Both the position numbers and the translations under genes were made by a program. Source: Chrysemys picta bellii (lineage: Eukaryota). From it: DNA of 64,000 bases. Below are positions 1 to 10,620 of this stretch, piece after piece. Under the pieces are notes generated by a model. That model had not been told where the DNA came from, did no database searches, and saw nothing but the letters and a program-made list of their open reading frames with translations. Every line of letters begins with the position of its first letter. Position 1 is the first letter of the stretch. The DNA lies in assembly GCF_011386835.1 (NCBI RefSeq), contig NC_088792.1, positions 148,180,001-148,244,000 of the forward strand. Direction: 5' to 3'.

Positions 1-1906
1 GGATATCTGGCTCGATGTTTGTGATCTTAAGACGAAGATGGGGCTCCACGTCAATAAGACAATTTCGGTTTTTTGTTTTGATGCCAACCAGCGCAGAGAA
101 TCCGATCTCGCACAAATACGAGGTGGGAAAAGGCAGAAGATACTTGACAGCTTTGTCCGATAGATCTGGATATTCAGAGCTAACCCCCAACCAAAATGAC
201 GTCAGTGTATTTTGCTCAAATTTTGTTTTCAGAAAGCTATCTGAAGCCAGCTCCAAGAGCTGTTTTTCTTCTGAAGCAGAGAGGTTATTTGGCAATGTTT
301 GAACATTGATGATAAAAGGATTCCTTATCCATTCACAAGTGCAGTCCGGTTCAGGGAAATACTTACGAAGATCTTTCTGCAAGCTTTCCAAATGCAGCTT
401 CATGGTTTGCAACACATCACTATCAAGTTCGTTAGTCGAATTTATTACTAAGTCATGAAGAGATGGAAAAGAATCCAGTTCACGACGACTAAGATGTTTA
501 TGCCATAGTTTCAATTTTGTGACCATGGCGCTCACTTTGTCTTGAACATGGAATATGGATATGAGTTTCCCTTACAAGGATAGATTGAGGTTGTTTAAAT
601 GAGCAAAGAGATCTGCCATATATGCTAGTTTGCATAGCCATTTCCAGTCGTGTATACGGTCTCGCAGGGGTTAAAAGTTTCATCTAAAGAAACTTGCAGT
701 TCTTCTCACAGCTCAAACAGGTGATTCAGAACTTTTCCACGTGAAAACCAACGCACTTCAGTGTGAAAAAGGAGTTGTGTGTAATCACTGCCCATCTCAT
801 CACAAAGCTGAGAAAACAGCCGGGCATTCAGAGGGCGGCCTTTCACAAAATCGATTATTTTCACAGCTTCATCCAGTACTTGCTTTAGATCTGCCTGCAT
901 GTTCTGGGTGGCGAGTGCTTCCCTGTGAATGCAACCATGAGTCCACTTTGCTTCTGGCGCAACAGCTTGAATACATGCAACAACTCCTTTATTCGAACCA
1001 ATCATGGCTCTGGCGCCATCCGTGCTTATTCCAACACAATGACTCCAATCCAAGTCATTGTTTTAGATAAAGTCATCAATAACTTTAAAAATAGCTTCTC
1101 CAGTTGTATGTGTTGGCATAGGTTGGCAGAACAAAATGTCATCGTGGACTTCATTATTCAGCTCGTATCTGACAAACAAATTCACAATATCAGTGGATTC
1201 ATCCGCTTGCAGCGCATAGTAGCGACTCTTCTGTACTCCTGACAATAATTGCCGCTTTACGTTTTCGGCCATATCTGTGATTCTACGATGAACAGTGTTA
1301 TTTGAGAGGAGGACACAATCTATAGCTTTGCTAGCCTCGTCTCCAATCATCACTTGCAACATTACTTTGGCTGCAGGTTTTACTAATGTCTCACCAATCA
1401 CTTCAGCTCCAGACTTTGCAATTAAGTACGCCACACTATATGAAGCTTCCAAAGCTTTCATATTTTCACTTCCCATCACATTATGAATTGTTTTCTGGGA
1501 CTTTTGGAGATCTTTGCGCCTATTTTTGAAGAATTCTACAGGTTTTCCCTCGTATTCTTTGTTTGCTATCGAAATGGCGTTTTAGATTGGATGGTTTCAT
1601 ACTTTCATTTGTGAGAGTCTCGTAACAAATCACACATAGTGGAACAGGCTCCACCTCATCGCCAGTCCACGAAAATCCCAGTTTAAAATATTTTTCAACA
1701 TATTTGCGGGCTTTTTTCGTTTTCTTTGCAGCTGGTATGTTCAATAAACTTACAGATGGTTCGCACAGTTCACTAATTTTGTCGTCACAATTGTCTGATG
1801 TAGCCATATCACTGCATTTTTCAGCATAATTATCACTAACATTCATATTTCCTCCATAATTTTCTTTTGGACGTTTCAAACTTTCCGTTTTTAGCCAGCA
1901 ATCCAT
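1..1906 (-). pseudogene. Buster-type hAT transposase (ZBED8/SCAND3/FAM200-like), multiply frameshifted
   Basis: ATG at 1906 (MDCWLKTE). Fragments: BED finger CVIC..MKPSNLKRH (ORF 1520..1951); ALQADESTD (ORF 1063..1479); STDGARAM, CIHREAL and HTEVRW (ORF 706..1053); C-terminal LLPFPTSYLCEIGFS read by hand at about 90-150. Successive fragments are in different frames. Confidence 0.9.
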
Positions 1907-2327
1907 TGTAAATGGGTTTAACAAAAAGAGAAATTTTGTATATTGATACACACCAAGTATGTACTTGCTACGATCTTTAGATTACTACGAATAGTTATTC
2001 ACTTTTATCTTTTATCCGTCAGTATGACTTCTGCGCATGCCACAAAGGCAAGTGTATTGCCAGAGCCGTGGCAACACACATGCGTGGTTTGCGTCAGCTC
2101 TGCTGTGCTATTAGATGTTACTGAACGCGTTATCATATTAGTTTCAATGTAAACCTGTGTATTTCTACTGTACAAGTTTACACCATTCTTGTATATTAAA
2201 TTTTAGTGAATTGTTTTCTGCTGCTAAAAAAGCTATGATAAAGTAAAATAAAAAATTCTGCCGCATACCCTTTGAAACCCTTTCACGTATCACCGGGGGT
2301 ACGCGTACCACACTTTGGGAAATACTG
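1..2327 (-). mobile_element. hAT DNA transposon, Buster/Charlie group, degraded; 3' end runs off the left edge
   Basis: The terminus on the - strand starts CAGTATTTCCCAAAGTGTGG at 2327 and is flanked by CTCTAGAG (2328-2335), the NTCTAGAN-type target of Buster/Charlie hATs. It contains transposase fragments and is AT-rich compared with the host DNA. Confidence 0.9.
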
Positions 2328-2420
2328 CTCTAGAGGAAGATTGCTCAGCCCTTTGGAGACAGGAACAAGTGGAGGCGTCTCGCAGACTAGCAAAGGCAAC
2401 AGTGAACTCTTGGAAAGCAA

Positions 2421-4893
2421 CATAGAATCATAGAATCATAGAATATCAGAGTTGGAAGGGACCTCAAGAGGTCATCTAGTCCAACCCCCTGCTCAAAGCA
2501 GGACCAATTCCCAGCTAAATCATCCCAGCCAGGGCTTTGTCAAGCCGGGCCTTAAAAACCTCCAAGGAAGGAGACTCCACCACCTCCCTAGGTAATGCAT
2601 TCCAGTGTTTCACCACCCTCCTAGTGAAATAGTTTTTCCTGATATCCAACCTGGACTTCCCCCACCGCAACTTGAGACCATTGCTCCTTGTTCTGTCATC
2701 TGCCACCACTGAGAACAGCCGAGCTCCATCCTCTTTGGAACCCCCCTTCAGGTAGTTGAAGGCTGCTATCAAATCCCCCCTCATTCTTCTCTTCTGGAGA
2801 CTAAACAATCCTAGTTCTCTCAGCCTCTCCTCATAAGTCATATGCTCCAGACCCCTAATCATTTTTGTTGCCCTCCGCTGGACTCTTTCCAATTTTTCCA
2901 CATCCTTCTTGTAGTGTGGGGCCCAAAACTGGACACAGTATTCCAGATGAGGCCTCACCAATGTCGAATAAAGGGGAACGATCACGTTCCTCGATCTGCT
3001 GGCAATGCCCCTACTTATACAGCCCAAAATGCCGTTAGCCTTCTTGGCAACAAGAGCACACTGTTGACTCATATCCAGCTTCTCGTCCACTGTGACCCCT
3101 AGGTCCTTTTCAGCAGAACTGCTACCTAGCCATTCGGTCCCTAGTCTGTAGCAGTGCATGGGATTCTTCCGTCCTAAGTGCAGGACTCTGCACTTGTCCT
3201 TGTTGAACCTCATCAGGTTTTTTTCTGCCCAATCCTCTAATTTGTCTAGGTCCCTCTGTATCCGATCCCTACCCTCTAGTGTATCTACCACGCCTCCTAG
3301 TTTAGTGTCATCTGCAAACTTGCTGAGAGTGCAGTCCACACCATCCTCCAGATCATTAATAAAGATATTAAACAAAACCGGCCCCAGGACCGACCCTTGG
3401 GGCACTCCACTTGAAACCGGCTGCCAACTAGACATGGAGCCATTGATCACTACCCGTTGAGCCCGACGATCTAGCCAGCTTTCTATCCACCTTACAGTCC
3501 ATTCATCTAGCCCATACTTCTTTAACTTGGTGGTAAGAATACTGTGGGAGACAGTATCAAAAGCTTTGCTAAAGTCAAGAAATAACACATCCACTGCTTT
3601 CCCCTCATCCACAGAGCCAGTTATCTCATCATAGAAGGCAATTAGGTTAGTCAGGCACGACTTCCCCTTCGTGAATCCATGCTGACTGTTCCTGATCACT
3701 TTCCTTTCCTCTAAATGTTTCATAATTGATTCCTTGAGGACCTGCTCCATAATTTTTCCAGGGACTGAGGTGAGGCTGACTGGCCTGTAGTTCCCCGGAT
3801 CCTCCTTCTTCCCTTTTTTAAAGATGGGCACTACATTAGCCTTTTTCCAGTCATCTGGGACCTCCCCCGATCGCCATGAGTTTTCAAAAATAATGGCTAA
3901 TGGCTCTGCAATCTCACCCGCCAACTCCTTTAGCACCCTCGGATGCAGCGCATCCGGCCCCATGGACTTGTGCACGTCCAGTTTTTCTAAATAGTCCCGA
4001 ACCACTTCTTTCTCCACAGAGGGCTGGTCACCTTCTCCCCATGCTGTACTGCCCAGTGCAGCAATCTGGGAGCTGACCTTGTGCGTGAAGACAGAGGCAA
4101 AAAAATCATTGAGTACATTAGCTTTTTCCACATCCTCGGTCACTAGGTTGCCTCCCTCATTCAGTAAGGGGCCCACACTTTCCTTGATTTTCTTCTTGTT
4201 GCTAACATACCTGAAGAAACCCTTCTTGTTACTCTTAACATCTCTTGCTAACTGCAACTCCAAGTGTGATTTGGCCTTCCTGATTTCACTCCTGCACGCC
4301 TGAGCAATATTTTTATACTCCTCCCTGGTCATTTGTCCAATCTTCCACTTCTTATAAGCCTCTTTTTTGCGTTTAAGATCAGCAAGGATTTCACTGTTTA
4401 GCCAAGCTGGTCGCCTGCCATATTTACTATTCTTTCTACACATCGGGATGATTTGTTCCTGCAACCTCAATAAGGATTCTTTAAAATACAGCCAGCTCTC
4501 CTGGACCCCTTTGCCCTTCATGTTATTCTCCCAGGGGATCCTGCCCATCTGTTCCCTGAGGGAGTCAAAGTCTGCTTTTCTGAAGTCCAGGGTCCATATT
4601 CTGCTGCTCTCCTTTCTTCCTTGTGTCAGGATCCTGAACTCGACCATCTCATGGTCACTGCCTCCCAGGTTCCCATCCACTTTTGCTTCCCCTACTAGTT
4701 CTTCCCTGTTTGTGAGCAGCAGGTCAAAAAAAGCTTTGCCCCTAGTTGGTTCCTCCAGCACTTGCACCAGGAAATTGTCCCCTACGCTTTCCAAAAATTT
4801 CCTGGATTGCCTGTGCACCGCTGTATTGCTCTCCCAGCAGATATCAGGGTGATTAAAGTCTCCCATGAGAACCAGGGCCTGCGATCTAGCAAC
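2421..4893 (-). mobile_element. CR1 LINE, 5'-truncated, in USP39 intron 3
   Basis: The 3' tail is (ATTCTATG)n, read as catagaatcatagaatcatagaat at 2421. AGCAACAT occurs at both junctions (2416-2423 and 4888-4895), a TSD or microhomology. Contains ORF2. Confidence 0.97.
2515..4866 (-). pseudogene. CR1 ORF2 remnant: end of APE endonuclease plus complete reverse transcriptase, 783 codons without a stop
   Basis: Late APE motifs MGDFN and SDH; RT motifs [22 protein letters not shown] and FADD; typical CR1 C-terminus. The N-terminal half of APE, ORF1 and the promoter are absent. Confidence 0.95.
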
Positions 4894-5070
4894 ATGTAAC
4901 CTTCCTCAGGCAGAGGGTGTACCACAGGATGGTGGGAAAATTGTTATATCGCATCATGGGTGCACATGGTGCTTTACAGATCAAGACAAGCTTACAATCC
5001 AAAGGAGAATCCCAGAGACCTCCATGCCCCACCCTCATTGTTAATTTTATTCTGGAGGAATACGCTAGAA

Positions 5071-5381
5071 CAGGGGTCGGCAACCTTTCAGAAGTGGTGT
5101 GCCGAGTCTTCATTTATTCACTCTAATTTAAGGTTTTGCTCGCCAGTAATATATTTTAACGTTTTTAGAAGGTCTCTTTCTATAAGTTTATAATATATAA
5201 CTAAACTATCGTTGTATGTAAAGTAAATAAGGTTTTTAAAATGTTTAAGAAACTTCATTTAAAATTAAATTAAAATGCAGAGCCCCCCAGACCAGTGGCC
5301 AGGACCCGGGCAGCGTGAATGCCACTGAAAATCAGCTCGCGTGCCGCCTTCGGCACGTGTACCATAGGTTGCCTTCTCCTG
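5071..5381. mobile_element. non-autonomous hAT (MITE)
   Basis: TIRs CAGGGGTCGGCAACC and GGTTGCCTTCTCCTG; 8-bp TSD CGCTAGAA (5063-5070) and CACTAGAA (5382-5389). Confidence 0.88.
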
Positions 5382-6071
5382 CACTAGAATCCTCTGGTTT
5401 TAGGCACTTTTGCTGAGTATCTAGCACACCTGGGAACAGGCCTCAGGGGGAACTGGGATTTTTGGGGGGTACTTTGAAGGAAAATAAATGTTAAAACAGC
5501 TTCACATGCTCAGGAGATAGATTTCCATAAAGGCAGGGTGGGATTTAGCTACAAGAACCCTGGGATCCAGTCATAGGATTCCTGCTAATGTTAAAATGGG
5601 AGCCTTGTTGTCAAACGCTGACAATTAGTTCCCCACATTCAGTTACTTACCACGCTATTTTCTTTTAAACTGCACATGCCTTCACTAAAATGAAATAAGC
5701 CATTGGCCATGTTGATTTCAAGGGGACTTTGCAAAGAAAGAACCATAGAACAGCACCTAAACACATGTTTAGACGAGCAATATATCCATGCAGAACTGAC
5801 CTCCAGCCACCCACATTTGCTATGTCCCCTGCCCAAGCTACAGCAATGGTTAAGAAAAGGGTCTGCCACGTTCTGACAGCAATTTGAAGGTAAAATAGCT
5901 TTAGAAATTCAGGGCCCGCAGGAAAAGGTGAAAGACAATTGTCACTTAAGACAAATGGAATATCCTTCTCTTTAAGTGAGCCCCCAAAGTGTTCAAATAG
6001 CCAGGGTAACACCCCCATTCAGTGCTTCTGTTTGCTGCAGAGGCAGGTATACAGCACAGCAGTGAACTCAC

Positions 6072-8142
6072 CCTGGAAGTACTTCCCACACACCAGGCAA
6101 GCATAGACGTTTATATGCGAGAGTGAGATGGAGCACAGCTTCTCAAAGTCAAAATCCAGAACACTCCTGAAACGGCAGGGTAATAGCAAGTTAGCAGAGC
6201 TACCCTGAAACAGTCAGACAAATATTGCCTACCACTGGGTCCAGTAGGGTCCCCACCTGTCCTACGTTCTCATGAATCTGACAGAGCTCAAGAGAACCAA
6301 GGTCAACAGAAAAATGATCATGTGTGACCCACACTACAGTACTGGAAGGCTGCTTGGTACCACACTGCACGTGACAGTACCTCAAATATGAGAGAGCCCC
6401 TTCCTCCTGGTTCTGGGCTCTCACAGGAACTAGGATCTCACATCATTTTAAAAATCAGAGCTGCATCTCAATCCTGACATGTATCATCCCTTTCCATTCT
6501 AGTCCTGCTCCTCCTGCTGGCATTGCTCAACCTTTGCGGATGCAGCTCACCCCTGCCCTGTAGCAACAGCTACTATTCCAGTCCTGAGCAGAGACTGCTA
6601 TTCCAGAAAACAGTTGTGGTTCTTTGTGGGCACTAGATACACTCACAAACATTTATGTATTAGGTCCTAATATATAAATGTCTGTGAGCGTATCTAGTAC
6701 CCACAAAGAGCTAGGCCAATGGGTACGCAGAGGTCTTCCAGGGGATACATCAACTCATCTAGATATTTTCCTAGTTTTACAACAGGCTACATAAAAAGCA
6801 CTAGCAAAGTCAGTACAAACTAAAATTTCAAACAGACAATGACTTGTTTGTACTACACTCTGAAAAGTAAGTACAATATTTAAATTACAATGGATTTAAT
6901 CATGAGAAAGTCAGCAATTTTTCAGTACTAGTGTGCTGTGACACTTCGGTATTTTTGTCTGATTTTGTATGCAAGTAGTTTTTAAATGAGGTGAAAGCTG
7001 GAGTATGCAAAACCAATCAGACTGCTGAAAGGGGTACAGGAGTCCGAGAAAGGAGGAGAACCACTGTACTAGGCCACTACTCTGCCATGCCCTGTGTTAC
7101 AAGTGTTTGCTTGGTCTCTATGCTGACCTGTTAATAGTGTCCAGGTATGGGCAGTGTCTGCTGCGCCGGTCCTCGGGATCAAATCGGCCATATCTCACTG
7201 GAACATAAGACCCACACAAATGGATTAGAAACAACTCAAGCATCACTCCCAGGGGCTAAGGAATTAACAGTTTTCCTGAAGTGGTACCTGCCACTGAAAA
7301 GCAACGCTTCAGAGACAGAAACCCCAGAACCACATGGCATTTCCTCAGGAGAAAATAACCCATGCAGGCTGCTGGGAGCATGACACCAGCACTTTGCACT
7401 CTGTTAGGGCTGCCTACATGACAGCACTAGTTACACTGACTAGAGAACCTGAACTGGGGTGAGAACTAGCTTGAGAAACGACCACTTCCCTTGTTCCTCA
7501 CGTGGGTTAAAGTATTTCCTCCTAAAATCAAACCTTCTACCAGCAATGCTCAGAACCTCGCACCTGGGGATGGCAAAGCGAGGTGAGTATCACCAGCCCC
7601 ATCCCAGCCACAGGGACACAGAAGCACCAAACCGGGGAAGGAATTTGACTTTGGTCAGCGGGTCTGGCAAGAGCTAGAGCAGAACCCAGCTCGGACAACC
7701 GTCACCAAAGCGACTTCGGCTGTTCGCGGCCCCGCGCCCGGCCAGGGGCGGCTGCAGCAGATCGCTCTGGCCCAGCCCGCGGTGGGCCCAGGGGAGTCGG
7801 GGCTCTGAAGCAAGAGAGGCCGGAGCATGGGCCGCGGGGTGCCCAGCACTGACCCACCCCAGCCACGGCTCCGGGACCCCCACAGCCCCAGCGATCCCCC
7901 CGGGCCCCGCCGCCACCTGTCGGCTCCGGCTCCGACTCCGGCTCCTCCTCGGCCTCGCGCTCCCGCTTGGCCCGGGGCGGCCCGTCCTCGGGCTCGCGCT
8001 TCACCCGGACCCGCTCGGGCTCCGCCTCGCGCTTCCCTCGGGAGGAGCCGCGCGACCCCGCCGGCTCCCGCTTCACCCGGCCCGAGGCCGAGCTCCGCGG
8101 GGACGGCCGGGACTCCCGCTCCCGCTTCACCCGGCCGGACAT
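6072..8142 (-). CDS. USP39: U4/U6.U5 tri-snRNP-associated protein 2 (USP39), coding exons 1-3; gene continues beyond position 1
   Basis: Exons 8142-7917, 7197-7128 (70 bp) and 6166-6072 (95 bp), with GT-AG introns in frame. Translation: MSGRVKRERESR...EPEPT/VRYGRFDPEDRRSRHCPYLDTINR/SVLDFDFEKLCSISLSHINVYACLVCGKYFQG (ZnF-UBP), which matches USP39. Confidence 0.97.
6621..6709. repeat. 89-bp near-perfect palindrome (44-bp arms, 1-nt centre)
   Basis: 6621-6664 is the reverse complement of 6666-6709 with 4 mismatches. Confidence 0.9.
6717..7066. mobile_element. non-autonomous hAT (MITE) with most of the left TIR deleted
   Basis: The right end is GAGAACCACTG. The left end is collapsed to CAATGG. 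Flanks AGCTAGGC (6709-6716) and TACTAGGC (7067-7074) look like a decayed TSD. Confidence 0.7.
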
Positions 8143-8420
8143 CCCGGGCCGCGTCCAGCCACTACTGCGCATGCGCGGGGTGACAGACGCAGCCGCACGC
8201 GCGTACACAGGCCAACGGCGCCTTTGCCCTCCCCACACGCATGTGCAGTAGCAAACGCATGCGCACAGCCGTCCAAAGGGAGGCGAGAGGATCAGTTTGG
8301 CGCCTGCGCACTCTTACGGTGCGAGGCCACCCGCCCCTTCGCGCATGCGCATTGGTTGCTGTCCAGTCAGTGTTGGTGGGATGGGCCGACCGCCGCTCTT
8401 CTCGGAGTTCCTATTTAAAG
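7820..8420 (-). promoter_or_regulatory. USP39 CpG island and promoter with clustered NRF1-type motifs
   Basis: CpG-dense. TGCGCATGCGC 8166-8176, CGCATGCGCA 8256-8265, GCGCCTGCGCA 8300-8310, GCGCATGCGCA 8341-8351, and ATTGG (inverted CCAAT) at 8351. Confidence 0.75.
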
Positions 8421-8891
8421 AAACAGTCTTTCCTTTATGCAGCGATCATTGGCAATGGCAACTGGGGGCTTTGTGGCCTCGCTCTGCTCCCCAGAGGACT
8501 GGTGTCTCGTGTCTGTGCTGCTGCCCCTTGCCCTGCCCCCAGCATCTGATCCCTGCAACCCTAGCATGTCTCCTAAAGCCCCAGCTCCTGGAGTCCAGTG
8601 ACGGGGTGAGGATCTGGGCTCTCGTGGGAAGCACGTTGGTTTCTAGACCTTGTGTGTGGGGAGAAAAGCCGGAAAACGTGAATCCCGAGGCCTGACAAGC
8701 CGCAAGGCCACGGAGACCAACTGCAGCAGTTACTGATTTTAAAATCTCATGATTGTTAAGCCAAGCTCATGATTTATGAAGGCCTGAAATTGCCAACACA
8801 GCAATAGGCATTGCAGCCATGTCGGCCCCAGGAGATTAGAGAGATGAGGTGGGGGAGGCAATATCTTTTATTGGACCAACTTCTGTGACAG

Positions 8892-8931
8892 AGACAAGCT
8901 TTCAAGCTACACCAAGCTCTTCTGCAGGGCT
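8892..8931 (-). ncRNA. degenerate minimal type I hammerhead ribozyme motif (probably inactive)
   Basis: The - strand reads AGCC-CUGCAGA-AGAGC-UUGGUGUA-GCUU-GAAA-GCUU-GUCU. The CUGANGA core has A6>C. Stem II (GAGC/GCUU) and GAAA are intact. Confidence 0.55.
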
Positions 8932-9027
8932 GGGAAAGACACTTCCAGTGTCACAGCTAAATACAAGATGGAACCGATTCTTTAGCATAAGCAGTTAACA
9001 CCTTGTGATGCTCTGAGTTGGTTTCCC

Positions 9028-9057
9028 AGACCTGAAGATGAGCTCAAAAGCTTGTCT
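9028..9057 (+). ncRNA. degenerate minimal type I hammerhead ribozyme motif (probably inactive)
   Basis: Reads AGAC-CUGAAGA-UGAGCUC-AAAA-GCUU-GUCU. Stem I (AGAC/GUCU) and the CUGAAGA core are intact. Stem II is collapsed and GAAA has become AAAA. Confidence 0.5.
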
Positions 9058-9169
9058 CTCTCACCAGCAGAAGCTGGTCCAATAAAACATATTACCTCCC
9101 CCACCTTGTCTCTCAAATCTATTATTGTTTAGCATTGGCATTACATTCACACCCAGAGGCTTTGACTTA

Positions 9170-9426
9170 GGCCTGGTCTACACTAGAAAATTAAATTGGT
9201 TTAACTACTTCTCTCAAGGGTGTGAAAAATACACACACACACACACACACCCCCAAATGGCGTAGTTAAGCCAACCTAACCCCCAGTGTAGACAGCACTA
9301 GGTGGACGGAAGAATTCTTCTGGGGACCTAACTGCTGTCCTGTGGGGAGGTGACTAATGGGAGAACCCCTGCTGTGGGGTGGGTAGCGTCTACACTGAAG
9401 TGCTACAGTTGAGTGTAGACAAGCTC
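9170..9426. mobile_element. PIF/Harbinger-type MITE containing a (CA)n tract
   Basis: TIRs GGCCTGGTCTACACT and AGTGTAGACAAGCTC; TTA on the left and TGA on the right (3-bp TWA-type target); CA repeat at 9231-9250. Confidence 0.75.
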
Positions 9427-9999
9427 TGAGACGAAGTTGCCTTTATGCAGGGGTGGCCATAGCCTCCCAATTCCACGGGTGCGCTATGTCCTCCCCACAC
9501 GCACCCTGGCGCAGCCGCTCTGTGCTGCAGGGCTGGGCCCAGCCCCCTGCTTTGCAATCTGGCGCACAGGGTGACAGTGCCACTGATGGAGGGGCAGCCA
9601 GGCCAAATCTGAGGCAGCGGGGTCAGAGCACCACTGAGGGTTGTCGCTTTTGATTTCTGGGGGTGCAACTGAACCTATGAGCCCCCGGGCTAAAGGCAGC
9701 CCTGCCGTGACATAACCTCCCTCTGCACAGATACAATATCCAACGCGGACCGCCTGGTGCATGGCTCTGCCCTGTGGCTTCTCACCCTAGGGTGTCAAAC
9801 GCTCCCACCTCATTTGGCGCTGGTGTGCCAGTGACGGGGGCAGTGCAAAGGGGACTCAGAAGTGGGGGGCACTGCGCAGAGCTCTGTGTGGGGGTGCGAG
9901 GCACGGGGCGGAGGGTGAATGCACAAGTACAGGGTGGTGTTGGGTTGTAGGGGGCATGGGGGGGACACAGGGATGGGGATGAGGGTGAATGGTCTCTGC

Positions 10000-10620
10000 T
10001 CCAGGGGGGTGCAGGTGCCTGCCCCGGGTAGGGGGCGGCCCTAGGGAGACGCGGGGGGCTGGTCCCGGGGTGGGAGGCTCCGGACCGGGGGCTGGGGCCG
10101 GGAGGCTGATCTCGGTCTGGAGGGGCTGGCCCCGGGGACGGGGGGCCTGACCAGGTGCGGGGGAGCCGGGGTCTGAGTCAGTCTCTCGCGGCTCCCCGCG
10201 CTCGGCCGGGCGGGGCCGGGGGCGGGTCTCAGGGCCCCGGCGCCGCCGCTCTCCGGCGCTGGGCGAGGCGGGGGCCGATGGACGCGGGGCCGGAGGCGGA
10301 GCGGGGCCCGGCCTGGGGTGGCTGCCGGCCGGGGGGGCGGCTCGACATGAGCCACGGCTTCGTGCGGCACATCCGGCGGAACCAGATCGCCAGGTACCGG
10401 CCCGGACCTCCGGGACCGGACCCTGCCCCCCAGGACCGGACCCCGCCCCCCGAACTCCCCGGGACCTGACCCCGGATCTCGGGACCGAACCCTGCCCCCC
10501 AGGACCGGACCCCGGATCTCCCGGCACCGGAACCTGGCCCGGACCCCGCCCCCTTGGATCTCCAAGTGCCGGATCCTGGGCGCGGACACTCCCCCAAATA
10601 CCTGACCCCGTCCCGGGGCT
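10000..10620 (+). promoter_or_regulatory. C2orf68 CpG island and promoter
   Basis: Very CpG-rich, with GGGGCGG boxes, and spans exon 1. Confidence 0.75.

Larger units (their letters stand above)
8824..9120. mobile_element. Penelope-like retroelement terminal fragment arranged as an inverted repeat
   Basis: Left arm (gagatgaggtgggggaggcaatatcttttattggaccaacttctg..gagacaagcttt) and right arm (aaagcttgtctctc..gaagctggtccaataaaacatattacctcccccaccttgtctctc) are diverged reverse complements. Each arm has a hammerhead-like core. The Penelope assignment comes from recalled similarity and was not searched. Confidence 0.65.

Noticed and set aside
1-1906. Domesticated ZBED8/SCAND3/FAM200 gene
   Set aside because: Several frameshifts, and a TIR with target site is retained.
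2336-6071. USP39 exon 4 (expected RGLKSHAY..)
   Set aside because: Not found in the non-TE gaps or in any listed ORF. It must lie left of the window.
8143-8238. In-frame upstream ATGs extending the USP39 N-terminus
   Set aside because: The ATG at 8172 sits inside an NRF1 motif and the region looks like promoter. Homology to USP39 starts at MSGR (8142).
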